Below, in pieces: positions 9,970 through 20,118 of a stretch of DNA of 64,000 nucleotides (position 1 is the first letter of the stretch; every line of letters starts with the position of its first letter). The stretch is from Escherichia coli (GTDB taxonomy: Bacteria > Pseudomonadota > Gammaproteobacteria > Enterobacterales > Enterobacteriaceae): the NCBI RefSeq assembly GCF_051903065.1, contig NZ_CP178438.1, one strand, 5' to 3'. Below the pieces are notes generated by a model. The model did not search any database and was not told the DNA's origin. It saw only the letters and a list, made by a program, of their open reading frames with translations. A program made the position numbers and the translations under genes.

Positions 9970-11276
9970 AATCTTCCAGTCATTTCACTGTGTTCGAATA
10001 CGGGCATTTAGTGAGTGAGGAAGGTGATGCCCGTATAAATAATGCGGTAGTGCTACCTGCAGACCTATTTAAATGGCTTGAGCTGCGCTGTCTGAAAGAC
10101 GATGCTGATAATACTCATCGTTTGCTCACCCTTAGCAGCCGGAATGGAGTAAAAACGCTGCAGGTAAAAAACTATGCAGGAGTAATCTCACTGCCAGGGG
10201 GGCGATTTCTCGAAATCCTGCCTAAAACAGGTCAGGATAATGAGGATACTGTTCGTCAACAAATACTGATGATGTTACGTACGTTAAAATCATTTCGTCA
10301 TATTGCCTCCTCTGAATCTGGCGTCAAAATATCTAAAATGCCTCTGATGGACATCTTTATTCAACAATTTATAGAGAGCGTGCGTAAGATTGTGCAGAGA
10401 GGGTTAAAACGTGACTATTTACGTCAGGAAGATAATCTTCCATGGATAAAAGGAAGATTACGGATCTCTGCACAATTAAGCAAAAACTGTATTAGGCGGG
10501 ATCTTTTTCAGGTGGAGTATGACGAGTACAGCGTCAATCGTCTGGAAAACCGGATACTCAAAACTGCAATCAATAAGATTAGTCGCCAGACCAGTAATCC
10601 ACAATTATTACAGCAGATAACACAGCTGCAGTTTCACTTTGAAAATATCACGTCAGTTCATGATGCTTATATAGCTTTCGAGCAGTTACACTTTGATAGA
10701 CACATGCATCACTATGAGCAAGCATTAGCGTGGGCGAAGATGATTTTATTGGGCGATTCTCCACACTGTATGTATGGGGATGTTAATGCTTTTTCACTGC
10801 TTTTCCCGATGGAGGCTGTTTTTGAATCTTTTGTGACGACATGGATGCGTTATCGTTATTATGATAAATGGCGAGTGGACGCACAGGTAAGTTCAAAAAA
10901 TCTGATTAGTTATAACGGTAAAGCTTTATTTAAGCTGCGGCCTGATATTTGTTTACGGCCTCGTAAAAGTACTACTGGTTCAGTTATTACCTGTGATATT
11001 AAATGGAAGATAGTAAATGGCAGAAAGGACAGTCTTGAACAATCTCAAGCCGATCTCTACCAAATGCTTGCCTATGGATTGAATTACCAGGAGGGGGAAG
11101 GTGATATGATTTTGATATACCCCTATCATAACGGATTTAATCAGCCATCTCCTCATCCTTATGAATTTAGCCATCAGAAGGAAAATAGGTTACGTTTATG
11201 GGTTGTACCTTTCTTTATTGGCGAGAGTTTACAGACATCAGAGTTGCATTTTCCTAGTGGGGCTGAATTTATTTAG
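9966..11276 (+). CDS. McrC-like PD-(D/E)xK nuclease partner, about 436 aa, translationally coupled to the McrB-like gene
   Basis: ATG overlaps the McrB-like stop (ATGA at 9966-9969); C-terminal PDICLRP...ITCDIKWK fits a PD..D-x-K nuclease motif. The ORF-track start at 9900 lies inside the upstream gene and is probably too far 5'. Confidence 0.75.
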   Translation: MKSSSHFTVFEYGHLVSEEGDARINNAVVLPADLFKWLELRCLKDDADNTHRLLTLSSRNGVKTLQVKNYAGVISLPGGRFLEILPKTGQDNEDTVRQQILMMLRTLKSFRHIASSESGVKISKMPLMDIFIQQFIESVRKIVQRGLKRDYLRQEDNLPWIKGRLRISAQLSKNCIRRDLFQVEYDEYSVNRLENRILKTAINKISRQTSNPQLLQQITQLQFHFENITSVHDAYIAFEQLHFDRHMHHYEQALAWAKMILLGDSPHCMYGDVNAFSLLFPMEAVFESFVTTWMRYRYYDKWRVDAQVSSKNLISYNGKALFKLRPDICLRPRKSTTGSVITCDIKWKIVNGRKDSLEQSQADLYQMLAYGLNYQEGEGDMILIYPYHNGFNQPSPHPYEFSHQKENRLRLWVVPFFIGESLQTSELHFPSGAEFI

Positions 11277-11338
11277 TATTTGTAGGCTATCTCTTTATAC
11301 AATTTATTTGTCTATTTGTATGCACAAGATAGCCTACC

Positions 11339-12211
11339 TCACCCCCTAAAAACCTCTTTCCGATGCCACTCCACAAACCCCTCAAAAGGGTAATTTTTAC
11401 GCACCTGTGGCAACGCAATAGTTTTCCCGTCAAAATCCCAGAATAATCTCTCAACGATCCCTCCGCCGTTTACCGCATCCGAGACCAGTATCCGCATATT
11501 TTCATCCAGGCCAATCGATCCTTTATCAAAGGCTTTATGGTGTATTGCGCAAAGTGCCAGACCATTGGGGATTTCACAAGGGCCGCCGTGCTGTTTCCAT
11601 TTTATATGCGCCGCTTCCAGCGCGACGGTGGTGTCGTCGTGGCGCATATTAAAGCCACATATCGCGCACTGGTATTTATAAGCGCGTAATACATTTTTGC
11701 GAAATAACGGGTCGCGCTGTTTACGGATTTGCTGGAGATCAAAACCCAGCTCGTCAGCAATTTCTTCCTGAATACTCTCGGTGAAGTGCGCTTCGAGTAT
11801 CTGTTGCGCCAGAGTATTGATGAGTTTTTTATTGCCGGTTACCAGGGCGTAGTGCTGTTCATCGAAACCGCCTGCAACGTGGTATTCGTTCAGTTCCTTC
11901 ACTGGCGGTTGTCGGCTGCTCCCTGCTGTTGAGCAACGCTCGGCATTGTGTAATTGCCAGAATCCGTCGCCTTGTAATCGCCAGAACGGCATATCAGGTC
12001 GGTACTGTGAACGCTGTGGCCCAAAACGTTCCAGTAAACTGTGCAGAGGTTCGTAGATTTCCGAGCCATAATCGAAAAGGCGCGGATGTCCATGCAGGTA
12101 TCCCGCTAATACGTATAGCAATAACAATGGCTTATGCGGCGCGCGCTGTTCACCCTTATGCCAGATTTTTATATTGGCAATTGCCTGCTGTAGCGATTTA
12201 CTGGAAGCCAT
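11339..12211 (-). CDS. HNH-family nuclease (C-terminal CAICG...HIKW...CAIHH motif) with an uncharacterised N-terminal domain; candidate modification-dependent restriction enzyme
   Basis: Cys/His HNH motifs in the C-terminal third; start chosen at ATG 12211 (AGGGA ribosome-binding site, protein begins MASSKSL); the ORF track extends to a TTG at 12268. Confidence 0.65.
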   Translation of the reverse strand: MASSKSLQQAIANIKIWHKGEQRAPHKPLLLLYVLAGYLHGHPRLFDYGSEIYEPLHSLLERFGPQRSQYRPDMPFWRLQGDGFWQLHNAERCSTAGSSRQPPVKELNEYHVAGGFDEQHYALVTGNKKLINTLAQQILEAHFTESIQEEIADELGFDLQQIRKQRDPLFRKNVLRAYKYQCAICGFNMRHDDTTVALEAAHIKWKQHGGPCEIPNGLALCAIHHKAFDKGSIGLDENMRILVSDAVNGGGIVERLFWDFDGKTIALPQVRKNYPFEGFVEWHRKEVFRG

Positions 12212-12347
12212 TGATATCCCTGGCAGTGAAATAATTGCGATCATGCTCGCAAATTTTCTGCTGTTCAAGCCTGCAAGTGAAGATATATTACTTTGATCTC
12301 ATTTGTTTTTTTGCTGCTTGTTCTGAGAACGTATAAGGACATTCTCT

Positions 12348-12998
12348 ATGAATAAACTCCCCGATCATCTTCCGCGGCGGTATATTATCGAAGCTATTCA
12401 TTTATGGGATGCGGGAGAAACTCATCAGTTCCAGCCTGCACGGTTGTATGAGATTGAATATCATGGCCGACGTTACCCCTCGAAGGCGATTGCTGGCATC
12501 GCAGCGACATTGATGACGGGGACGCAATTTACCCCTGCGGATTTCACCGGCGGAATAAAATCTAAATGCGTCAAGCTACTTATAGATCAGGGATTTCATA
12601 TTCATCAGGATAAAGCCGCTGCGGCTCCCATAGCCGATGTTCTGTTCCCGGATGAGTTGCCGTCGCAGGGGACCTACGTTGAAGGTGCGGCGATAAAGGT
12701 GACGGTAAACAGCTATGAACGCGATAAAAACGCTCGCGAGAAAGCAGTCGAATATCACGGATGCCAGTGCAACGTATGCGGCGTTGATCTGGTGAAGATC
12801 TATGGCGATATCGCTGAGGGCTTTATCCATATGCATCACCTGGTGCCGCTTTCAGCCATTAAAGAGGATTACCTGCTGGATCCAGTTAATGATTTACTTC
12901 CTGTGTGCCCTAATTGCCATGCGATGTTGCACCGACGCAAACCACCGTTTACGCCGGAGGAGTTAAAAGCGTTGATGGATGCGAATAAATCAAATTAA
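12348..12998 (+). CDS. HNH nuclease, 216 aa (C-terminal CQCNVCG...HMHHLVP...CPNCH, McrA-like HNH) with a distinct N-terminal domain
   Basis: HNH zinc-finger-type motif resembling the E. coli McrA C-terminus as recalled; transcribed divergently from the neighbouring HNH gene. Confidence 0.7.
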   Translation: MNKLPDHLPRRYIIEAIHLWDAGETHQFQPARLYEIEYHGRRYPSKAIAGIAATLMTGTQFTPADFTGGIKSKCVKLLIDQGFHIHQDKAAAAPIADVLFPDELPSQGTYVEGAAIKVTVNSYERDKNAREKAVEYHGCQCNVCGVDLVKIYGDIAEGFIHMHHLVPLSAIKEDYLLDPVNDLLPVCPNCHAMLHRRKPPFTPEELKALMDANKSN

Positions 12999-13005
12999 TG
13001 AACGC

Positions 13006-13986
13006 TCACCTTTCGCGCCAAAACTGCAAAATTGCTTCTACAAACTTGTCAGAAATAATCCCCCGACGGGCTGCCGCGCTGAAATGACTGCTTCGCAGTG
13101 CCGTCGTCCAGTTCTCCGGTGACCGGTACGCTGAACCGTAATATCCCGTGCTTAAATCGTCCGGATCTTCATCAGGCGCGTTCGTCAGTCCTCTTTCACC
13201 TTGTTGCTGGAAGTCGACGAAAATAATATTGGCTAAAACATTATTTTGATAATTGCCATAAATAGCTTCATACGCATGAGGGAAATTTTCTTTCCAGTAC
13301 CAGGTGGTATCGCCGCAAAACCAGGGCGCATCAGTAATATTATTAAGCTGAGAATGGTATTGTTTTAGATCCCTACGAAAGGCTTCAACCATATGATTAA
13401 AGTGTTGAGGGTGTGACGCGTAGTCACTGGTCATTAAGTCAAATTCGCCTTGCATCCAGCATACGCCGAGGAATTTGTTCTGCGGATTTTTTGCCAATGC
13501 GGCTCGCGTTCTGCTGACTAAATCCTGGTATAGCGGAGTATCCGTTCCCCAACGACAAGCATCATGGCTGGCTCCGTGCCGTTCTGAATATGTCCCCTCG
13601 CTGCCCGCGGTAAAAGCCGATCCGCCACGGCAACATGGAACGATGAGAACCCCTGCGTTATCAGGAATAAAGGGCAGTAATTTCCGTGCAATATGCAGTG
13701 CCTGGCCAATGGTGCCGTACTGTGTTTGATGATTCGTTGCCAGAGGATGGTGATAACCCTGCATATCCTGAACATCGTGTGGGCAGTGAGTCAGTGGAAT
13801 AATGTCGTTAAAGTGACATGACGGGCCTCCGGGATGCGTATGCGCAAATCTCGCTAATTGTTTAATTCTGGGATGAGGCGCATCTTCCCTGTCCGGTAAT
13901 GGCAGTCCTTCGCCATACGCCATGGCATTAGACTGACCAGCAACGGTAAGAACATAGTAATAATCGGGCGATATTATTGCGTCCAT
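13006..13986 (-). CDS. nanS: N-acetyl-9-O-acetylneuraminate esterase NanS (YjhS), 326 aa
   Basis: Length and N-terminus (MDAIISPDYYYVLTVAGQSNAMAYGE, SGNH-type) match K-12 NanS; position upstream of nanM-nanC. Confidence 0.85.
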   Translation of the reverse strand: MDAIISPDYYYVLTVAGQSNAMAYGEGLPLPDREDAPHPRIKQLARFAHTHPGGPSCHFNDIIPLTHCPHDVQDMQGYHHPLATNHQTQYGTIGQALHIARKLLPFIPDNAGVLIVPCCRGGSAFTAGSEGTYSERHGASHDACRWGTDTPLYQDLVSRTRAALAKNPQNKFLGVCWMQGEFDLMTSDYASHPQHFNHMVEAFRRDLKQYHSQLNNITDAPWFCGDTTWYWKENFPHAYEAIYGNYQNNVLANIIFVDFQQQGERGLTNAPDEDPDDLSTGYYGSAYRSPENWTTALRSSHFSAAARRGIISDKFVEAILQFWRER

Positions 13987-14049
13987 ATAATTTTCGCGTA
14001 ATTGAAATGATAAATTGATAGCAGGGCCCTTTACTGGGGCCCTGAAGCG

Positions 14050-15156
14050 TTAGTTTTGTACTGTAACTTTATTATCCTTCACAGAGATCAAAACTGAATC
14101 CGTCACCGCTTTGCCGCCTGCAGATTCACCGCCAATAATCAATAGACTATTATTCCAGGGCAATGATACTCCGTAGGCCCGACCTTGCGATAATTCACCA
14201 GATTTATCCCATTTCCCGTTATGCCAAAGATGAATATCAGTGCTATATGATTTTTTCAGGCCTTCATGCGCATAGTTCTTACCGTTCTGGTAATTTTCTC
14301 GTGAACCTTTGAATCCGGCCCCTCCGGCAAATATAAGAGAATCATTGCTTATCCCCGCAAAACCGCCAGCGACGCCATCTGGTGATGAGACGGGAGCAAG
14401 CTTATTCCATTTTAAATTATTACCGGTGAAATCAAGTTCAAATACGGCATCCGTTCGCAATCCGGGTTTGGCTTCGCCATTAATAAGCCAGGTTTTATCA
14501 CCTTTATTCACAACCGCCGCACCAGCCGTTCCGTACCAGGGAGATTCGCCAGCGTAACTCCATTGCTGTGTTGAGGGATCAAAAGACAACAGAAACTTAT
14601 TGAAGAAATAATCTTCTGCTTTTTTGTCAAAATAATGGGCATTGATCTTGTCTATAGTTGCTGAATCTTTTCCAGCCTCGTTGAGATCTTCAAAATAGCC
14701 ATTGAAGATATTCTGGTTAACACCGCCAGTAACATAAGCCTTGCCGTTGTGTACAAAAGTCACATGACCCGCCATGCCCATCGGTGCATGCGACATCAAT
14801 TTAACCCAGCTATTGGTTTTGGGGTTGTATTTGTGTACGTCATTAAATACCTGAGTCAAGCCCTTGCTATTTTTGCCAATGCCGCCAAACACATACAGAT
14901 TGCCATCAATAAATGCAGAGGTTGCTTGATCTCTTGGTCCGCCAGGGAATGCAGCTAACGCTGTCCATTTTTTATCTTTGGCCTGTGTATCCAGCTTGTA
15001 CCATGCCGTACCTGCGCTACCTAAACCAATGTAGACAGTGTCGTTATCAATTGCTCCGGTACCACTTTTAAATGGCACAGGAGTTTCCGGTAATACAGAC
15101 GCGTTTGCGGCAAATGAAGCCATCATGATAGCAAGCGCCGTTATTGTTTTATTCAT
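14050..15156 (-). CDS. nanM: N-acetylneuraminate mutarotase NanM (YjhT), Kelch-repeat periplasmic protein, 368 aa
   Basis: Signal peptide MNKTITALAIMMASFAANA and Kelch-like repeats; start set at the internal ATG to give the 368-aa K-12 length. Confidence 0.85.
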   Translation of the reverse strand: MNKTITALAIMMASFAANASVLPETPVPFKSGTGAIDNDTVYIGLGSAGTAWYKLDTQAKDKKWTALAAFPGGPRDQATSAFIDGNLYVFGGIGKNSKGLTQVFNDVHKYNPKTNSWVKLMSHAPMGMAGHVTFVHNGKAYVTGGVNQNIFNGYFEDLNEAGKDSATIDKINAHYFDKKAEDYFFNKFLLSFDPSTQQWSYAGESPWYGTAGAAVVNKGDKTWLINGEAKPGLRTDAVFELDFTGNNLKWNKLAPVSSPDGVAGGFAGISNDSLIFAGGAGFKGSRENYQNGKNYAHEGLKKSYSTDIHLWHNGKWDKSGELSQGRAYGVSLPWNNSLLIIGGESAGGKAVTDSVLISVKDNKVTVQN

Positions 15157-15175
15157 TGTGACTGTCTCCTGTCTA

Positions 15176-15892
15176 CTACAGTTTAAATGACACACCAATG
15201 CGATAACTGTTTTCCGATAAATTATCTCTGCCGTTGTAAACACCCTGACGGTCAAGGTAGTCATATTCTATGTATGGCGTAATATCCGGCGTCATATGGT
15301 ATTGTAGAACAAATGCATTTTCCGTCGCCCATTTCTTATGGTTTGCATAGCGATAATCGTTCTGTTTGCTGTATAGCGTCGTTTGCCATGCGAAGGTGAA
15401 ATCACTATTAATATGGTAAGTGACATATCCATCCCAACGATGAACGTTATCACGAGACATATCACCGGATAAGTCTTGTTGTCGGTAAGCTTTCCAGTCG
15501 TAACGATAGCGAATGCCAAAATTAAGATCTTTTGTCGCGTCCCAGGACAGTTTTACGTAGGGTCCGTAGCGTGTGCCGTTGCTGCTAAAATGCGTTAACA
15601 TTCCCGGGCGCACCGTCCATTGATCATCAAGTTTAATTGCGTAATTAACTTCAACCTGAACATCATTGAGTGCGGCATTTTCCTTTTTATTATCATGAAT
15701 GGTATTCCAGGTATTACTTTCCATACTTGCCCACCATCCATTTTGCCATCCCTCACTGACTTTGAGTCGAGTCTCATAGGCGTGGCTTCCACTACGATAT
15801 CCACCACGTACGTCCAGTGTCGCAGCCTGAGAAATTAATGGGGACGAAAAGCACAGTAATAATACGCCAGAAAGTATTTTAGCCTTTTTCAT
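15176..15892 (-). CDS. nanC: N-acetylneuraminic acid outer-membrane channel NanC (YjhA)
   Basis: Signal peptide MKKAKILSGVLLLCFSSPLISQA and a beta-barrel-like protein ending in F; conserved position next to fimB. Confidence 0.85.
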   Translation of the reverse strand: MKKAKILSGVLLLCFSSPLISQAATLDVRGGYRSGSHAYETRLKVSEGWQNGWWASMESNTWNTIHDNKKENAALNDVQVEVNYAIKLDDQWTVRPGMLTHFSSNGTRYGPYVKLSWDATKDLNFGIRYRYDWKAYRQQDLSGDMSRDNVHRWDGYVTYHINSDFTFAWQTTLYSKQNDYRYANHKKWATENAFVLQYHMTPDITPYIEYDYLDRQGVYNGRDNLSENSYRIGVSFKL

Positions 15893-16309
15893 AAATTTCA
15901 CTCATTTGTAGGATACAGAAAGCAATACAAAGCCCGCATAAACAATTAGCATTTATGTTGTGTAATATTTTTTTGCCAGGCTTATAGTGTCTTTGGCAAC
16001 CGGTAGCTGTATTTTATATTTTTTTGTATAAGGTCTCCTGTGAAAAATCTCTTTTCACATTATTTAAATAAACAGAGATCCAGATTAAATACCTGAGTAT
16101 AAAATCTCTTCTGATGTTTAATTGATTTGAATGTTCGTAAGCTATATCACTTACTCAATCCATTTTACCCAGAGTCATAAAATAGAGTGTCTGTTGATCT
16201 CATTTTCATATTCCTTTCAGACTGAAGTGCGTTTTCATCACCCGATGAGAAAGAACTGAAGCGATGTTTGCCATAGATTGCAAGATGCCCTGTCTCATTG
16301 TCTATCGTG

Positions 16310-16340
16310 GTGCACCTTTATACCTGTTATACCAGATCAA
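16310..16340. promoter_or_regulatory. Probable NanR operator (two TATACC hexamers on the opposite strand) with adjacent Dam GATC site, in the nanC-fimB intergenic region
   Basis: CTTTATACCTGTTATACCAGATC read directly; NanR is known to bind GGTATA repeats and to regulate nanC and fimB from this region. Confidence 0.5.
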
Positions 16341-17348
16341 AAATCACGCAATCCATACAACAAAACCAGATTTGCAATTCGTGTCACAAAATATGTCGAT
16401 CTTTTTCTAAGAAGAAGATGCCATGTGAAGCCAGACGAACACTTGCGGTGGTCTTCAAAAACTAAAGATCTTCTTTTAACTATATGTTTTATAAATAATT
16501 TATTTAGAGTCTAAACAAGGGAAGCTTTGCAAGCTAACTCAGTGAGCTTGGTGAAAATAAGTGTTTACCCGCCATCAGGCTGAGCATAATTCTCATCATG
16601 AAATATGTTTCCTGGTTTGTGGCTTGTAACTGGTCACTTCTGAAGTCGATCTGGAGAGGCTTGTTGATGTTGGTGTTTTCAGGATGATGTTTCACTTAGT
16701 TTGTTTGCCGTATCGCCCGGCGAATGGCTGTGATTGAGGAAGGTTTAAGTCGCAGTGACCAAAGCCATATTTACCAGCGAATGTAGATGAAAAAATCGTC
16801 TCCTGCGTTCCCCCATATCTCCAGGATAAAAAGGAATGTAACAATCTCATGGCTTAAACTGACGAACCAGCCAGGAATAATCGCTAGGGACCTAAGAATT
16901 AGCTTGATAATAGCCACTAAGAAATTACTGTGTTCCATGAAATAGCCATTTTGTGGCAAATGGAGTTGACTAATAATGTCATATGTGAGACGGCTAGTTG
17001 AACGAATATTAAATTTTGCTGAATTTTTTATGTTGATTTTACTTGTTACAGAACATATCACATGATATATAGATAAGATTAGTTGCATTAATGATGAGGG
17101 TTATTATTAGATTCGTATCAGATTGATAAATATATAAAAGTATATAGCATGCAAGAGCATAGCGTTTGTATGGCAACGTTATTATAATTAACTGTTGCTA
17201 CCCCATTTAAGTTCACTCAGAAGAACTGGTCCACTTACGTTAGTTATTAAGCAAACGTTCGCTTTTATAAACATAATCAGGATAAAAATGTTGGATTATT
17301 GCTAACCCAGCACAGCTAGTGCGCGTCTGTAATTATAAGGGAAAAACG

Positions 17349-17951
17349 ATGAAGAATAAGGCTGATAACAAAAAAAGGAACTTCCTGACCCATAGTGAAA
17401 TCGAATCACTCCTTAAAGCAGCAAATACCGGGCCTCATGCAGCACGTAATTATTGTCTGACTTTGCTTTGTTTTATTCATGGTTTCCGGGCGAGTGAAAT
17501 TTGTCGATTGAGGATTTCGGATATTGATCTTAAGGCAAAGTGTATATATATCCATCGATTAAAAAAAGGCTTTTCAACAACGCACCCGCTATTGAACAAA
17601 GAAGTTCAGGCTTTAAAAAACTGGTTAAGTATCCGTACTTCGTACCCGCATGCTGAGAGCGAATGGGTATTTTTATCGCGTAAGGGGAATCCGCTTTCTC
17701 GGCAACAGTTTTACCATATTATCTCGACTTCCGGTGGTAATGCCGGGTTGTCACTGGAGATTCATCCGCACATGTTACGCCATTCGTGTGGTTTTGCTTT
17801 GGCGAATATGGGAATAGATACGCGGCTTATCCAGGATTATCTTGGGCATCGCAATATTCGTCATACTGTCTGGTATACCGCCAGCAATGCAGGGCGTTTT
17901 TACGGCATCTGGGATAGGGCCAGAGGACGACAGCGTCACGCTGTTTTATAG
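17349..17951 (+). CDS. fimB: Type 1 fimbriae recombinase FimB (tyrosine recombinase), 200 aa
   Basis: MKNKADNKKRNFLTHSEIESLL... matches K-12 FimB; the C-terminal RHxxxxY tyrosine-recombinase region is present. Confidence 0.95.
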   Translation: MKNKADNKKRNFLTHSEIESLLKAANTGPHAARNYCLTLLCFIHGFRASEICRLRISDIDLKAKCIYIHRLKKGFSTTHPLLNKEVQALKNWLSIRTSYPHAESEWVFLSRKGNPLSRQQFYHIISTSGGNAGLSLEIHPHMLRHSCGFALANMGIDTRLIQDYLGHRNIRHTVWYTASNAGRFYGIWDRARGRQRHAVL

Positions 17952-18428
17952 AGATAGTTGAGATACCAGGGATGGTGTTAAAAACTACATTATTCTTACG
18001 ATATATCAAAAATGATTAACCATTTATTAATTGATGTTATTGTGAGTGTGATTCTTAATTATCATAATAAACATTAATTTAACCATATCCATACAAAATA
18101 CAATGGTTTATGTTCTTCAAAATAAATAAACAAAATCATTCATAAATTTACACATCACTTAAATTCTCCTGTTTTCGCACTTTTTTCTTTATTTTTTAAG
18201 CAACTGGAAGTTAATCCACTGCAATCTATTGTTATATTGAATCAAATCAATGAAAATAGATGTTATCACATCAGTGATATTTTATTTTTGTATGATATTT
18301 AATGTAATTGACTGATAGCCACATCACTTCGTGTGTGGTTATCTTTTTATCTATTGGGCTAATTTTGACCGATTGAGGTTTCCTATAGGTATTCATTCAA
18401 ATATATCTCAGTTAGGAGTACTACTATT

Positions 18429-19025
18429 GTGAGTAAACGTCGTTATCTTACCGGTAAAGAAGTTCAGGCCATGATGCAGGCGGTTTGTTACGGGGCAACG
18501 GGAGCCAGAGATTATTGTCTTATTCTGTTGGCATATCGGCATGGGATGCGTATTAGTGAACTGCTTGATCTGCATTATCAGGATCTTGACCTTAATGAAG
18601 GTCGAATAAATATTCGCCGACTGAAGAACGGATTTTCTACCGTTCACCCGTTACGTTTTGATGAGCGTGAAGCTGTGGAACGCTGGACCCTGGAACGTGC
18701 TAACTGGAAAGGCGCTGATCGGACCGACGCCATATTTATTTCTCGCCGCGGGAGTCGGCTTTCTCGCCAGCAGGCCTATCGCATTATTCGTGATGCCGGT
18801 ATTGAAGCTGGAACCGTAACGCAGACTCATCCTCATATGTTAAGGCATGCTTGCGGTTATGAACTGGCGGAGCGTGGTGCCGATACCCGTTTAATTCAGG
18901 ATTATCTCGGGCATCGAAATATTCGCCATACTGTGCGTTATACCGCCAGTAATGCTGCTCGTTTTGCCGGATTATGGGAAAGAAATAATCTCATAAACGA
19001 AAAATTAAAAAGAGAAGAGGTTTGA
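18429..19025 (+). CDS. fimE: Type 1 fimbriae recombinase FimE, 198 aa (GTG start)
   Basis: MSKRRYLTGKEVQAMMQAV... matches K-12 FimE. Confidence 0.95.
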   Translation: MSKRRYLTGKEVQAMMQAVCYGATGARDYCLILLAYRHGMRISELLDLHYQDLDLNEGRINIRRLKNGFSTVHPLRFDEREAVERWTLERANWKGADRTDAIFISRRGSRLSRQQAYRIIRDAGIEAGTVTQTHPHMLRHACGYELAERGADTRLIQDYLGHRNIRHTVRYTASNAARFAGLWERNNLINEKLKREEV

Positions 19026-19072
19026 TTTAACTTATTGATAATAAAGTTAAAAAACAAATAAATACAAGACAA

Positions 19073-19386
19073 TTGGGGCCAAACTGTCCATATCATAAAT
19101 AAGTTACGTATTTTTTCTCAAGCATAAAAATATTAAAAAACGACAAAAAGCACCTAACTGTTTGATATGTAAATTATTTCTCTTGTAAATTAATTTCACA
19201 TCACCTCCGCTATATGTAAAGCTAACGTTTCTGTGGCTCGACGCATCTTCCTCATTCTTCTCTCCAAAAACCACCTCATGCAATATAAAAATCTATAAAT
19301 AAAGATAACAATAGAATATTAAGCCAACAAATAAACTGAAAAAGTTTGTGCGCGATGCTTTCCTCTATGAGTCAAAATGGCCCCAA
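19073..19386. promoter_or_regulatory. fimS: fimS invertible switch (314 bp) bounded by 9-bp inverted repeats TTGGGGCCA; here apparently in the OFF orientation
   Basis: Left repeat at 19073-19081 and right repeat at 19378-19386 are exactly 314 bp apart. The promoter-like TTGAGA-18 bp-TATGATA lies on the minus strand next to the fimE-proximal repeat, pointing away from fimA. Confidence 0.75.
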
Positions 19387-19505
19387 ATGTTTCATCTTTT
19401 GGGGGAAAACTGTGCAGTGTTGGCAGTCAAACTCGTTGACAAAACAAAGTGTACAGAACGACTGCCCATGTCGATTTAGAAATAGTTTTTTTAAAGGAAA
19501 GCAGC

Positions 19506-20054
19506 ATGAAAATTAAAACTCTGGCAATCGTTGTTCTGTCGGCTCTGTCCCTCAGTTCCGCAGCGGCTCTGGCCGATACTACGACGGTAAATGGTGGGAC
19601 CGTTCACTTTAAAGGGGAAGTTGTTAATGCCGCTTGCGCAGTTGATGCAGGCTCTGTTGATCAAACCGTTCAGTTAGGACAGGTTCGTACCGCATCGCTG
19701 GCACAAGAAGGAGCAACCAGTTCTGCTGTCGGTTTTAACATTCAACTGAACGATTGTGACACTACTGTTGCAGACAAAGCAGCTATTGCCTTCCTTGGTA
19801 CCGCAATTGATGGCACTCATCCTAACGTATTAGCTTTGCAGAGTTCAGCTGCGGGTAGCGCAACAAAAGTTGGTGTGCAGATCCTGGACAGAACGGGCGC
19901 TGCGCTGGCGCTGGACGGTGCGACATTTAGTGCACAAACAACCCTGAATAACGGAACCAACACCATTCCGTTCCAGGCGCGTTATTTTGCAACCGGTGCC
20001 GCAACCCCTGGCGCAGCTAATGCGGATGCGACCTTCAAGGTTCAGTATCAATAA
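19506..20054 (+). CDS. fimA: Major type 1 fimbrial subunit FimA, 182 aa
   Basis: Signal peptide [24 protein letters not shown]-terminal ...FKVQYQ. Confidence 0.95.
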
Positions 20055-20118
20055 CCTACCCAGGTTCAGGGACGTCATTACGGGCAGGGATGCCCACCCT
20101 TGTGCGATAAAAATAACG

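Noticed and set aside
16278-17088. ORFs of 78 and 105 aa in the nanC-fimB intergenic region
   Set aside because: Very AT-rich regulatory DNA known to carry NanR, NagC and IHF sites; the translations are low-complexity with no ribosome-binding sites.
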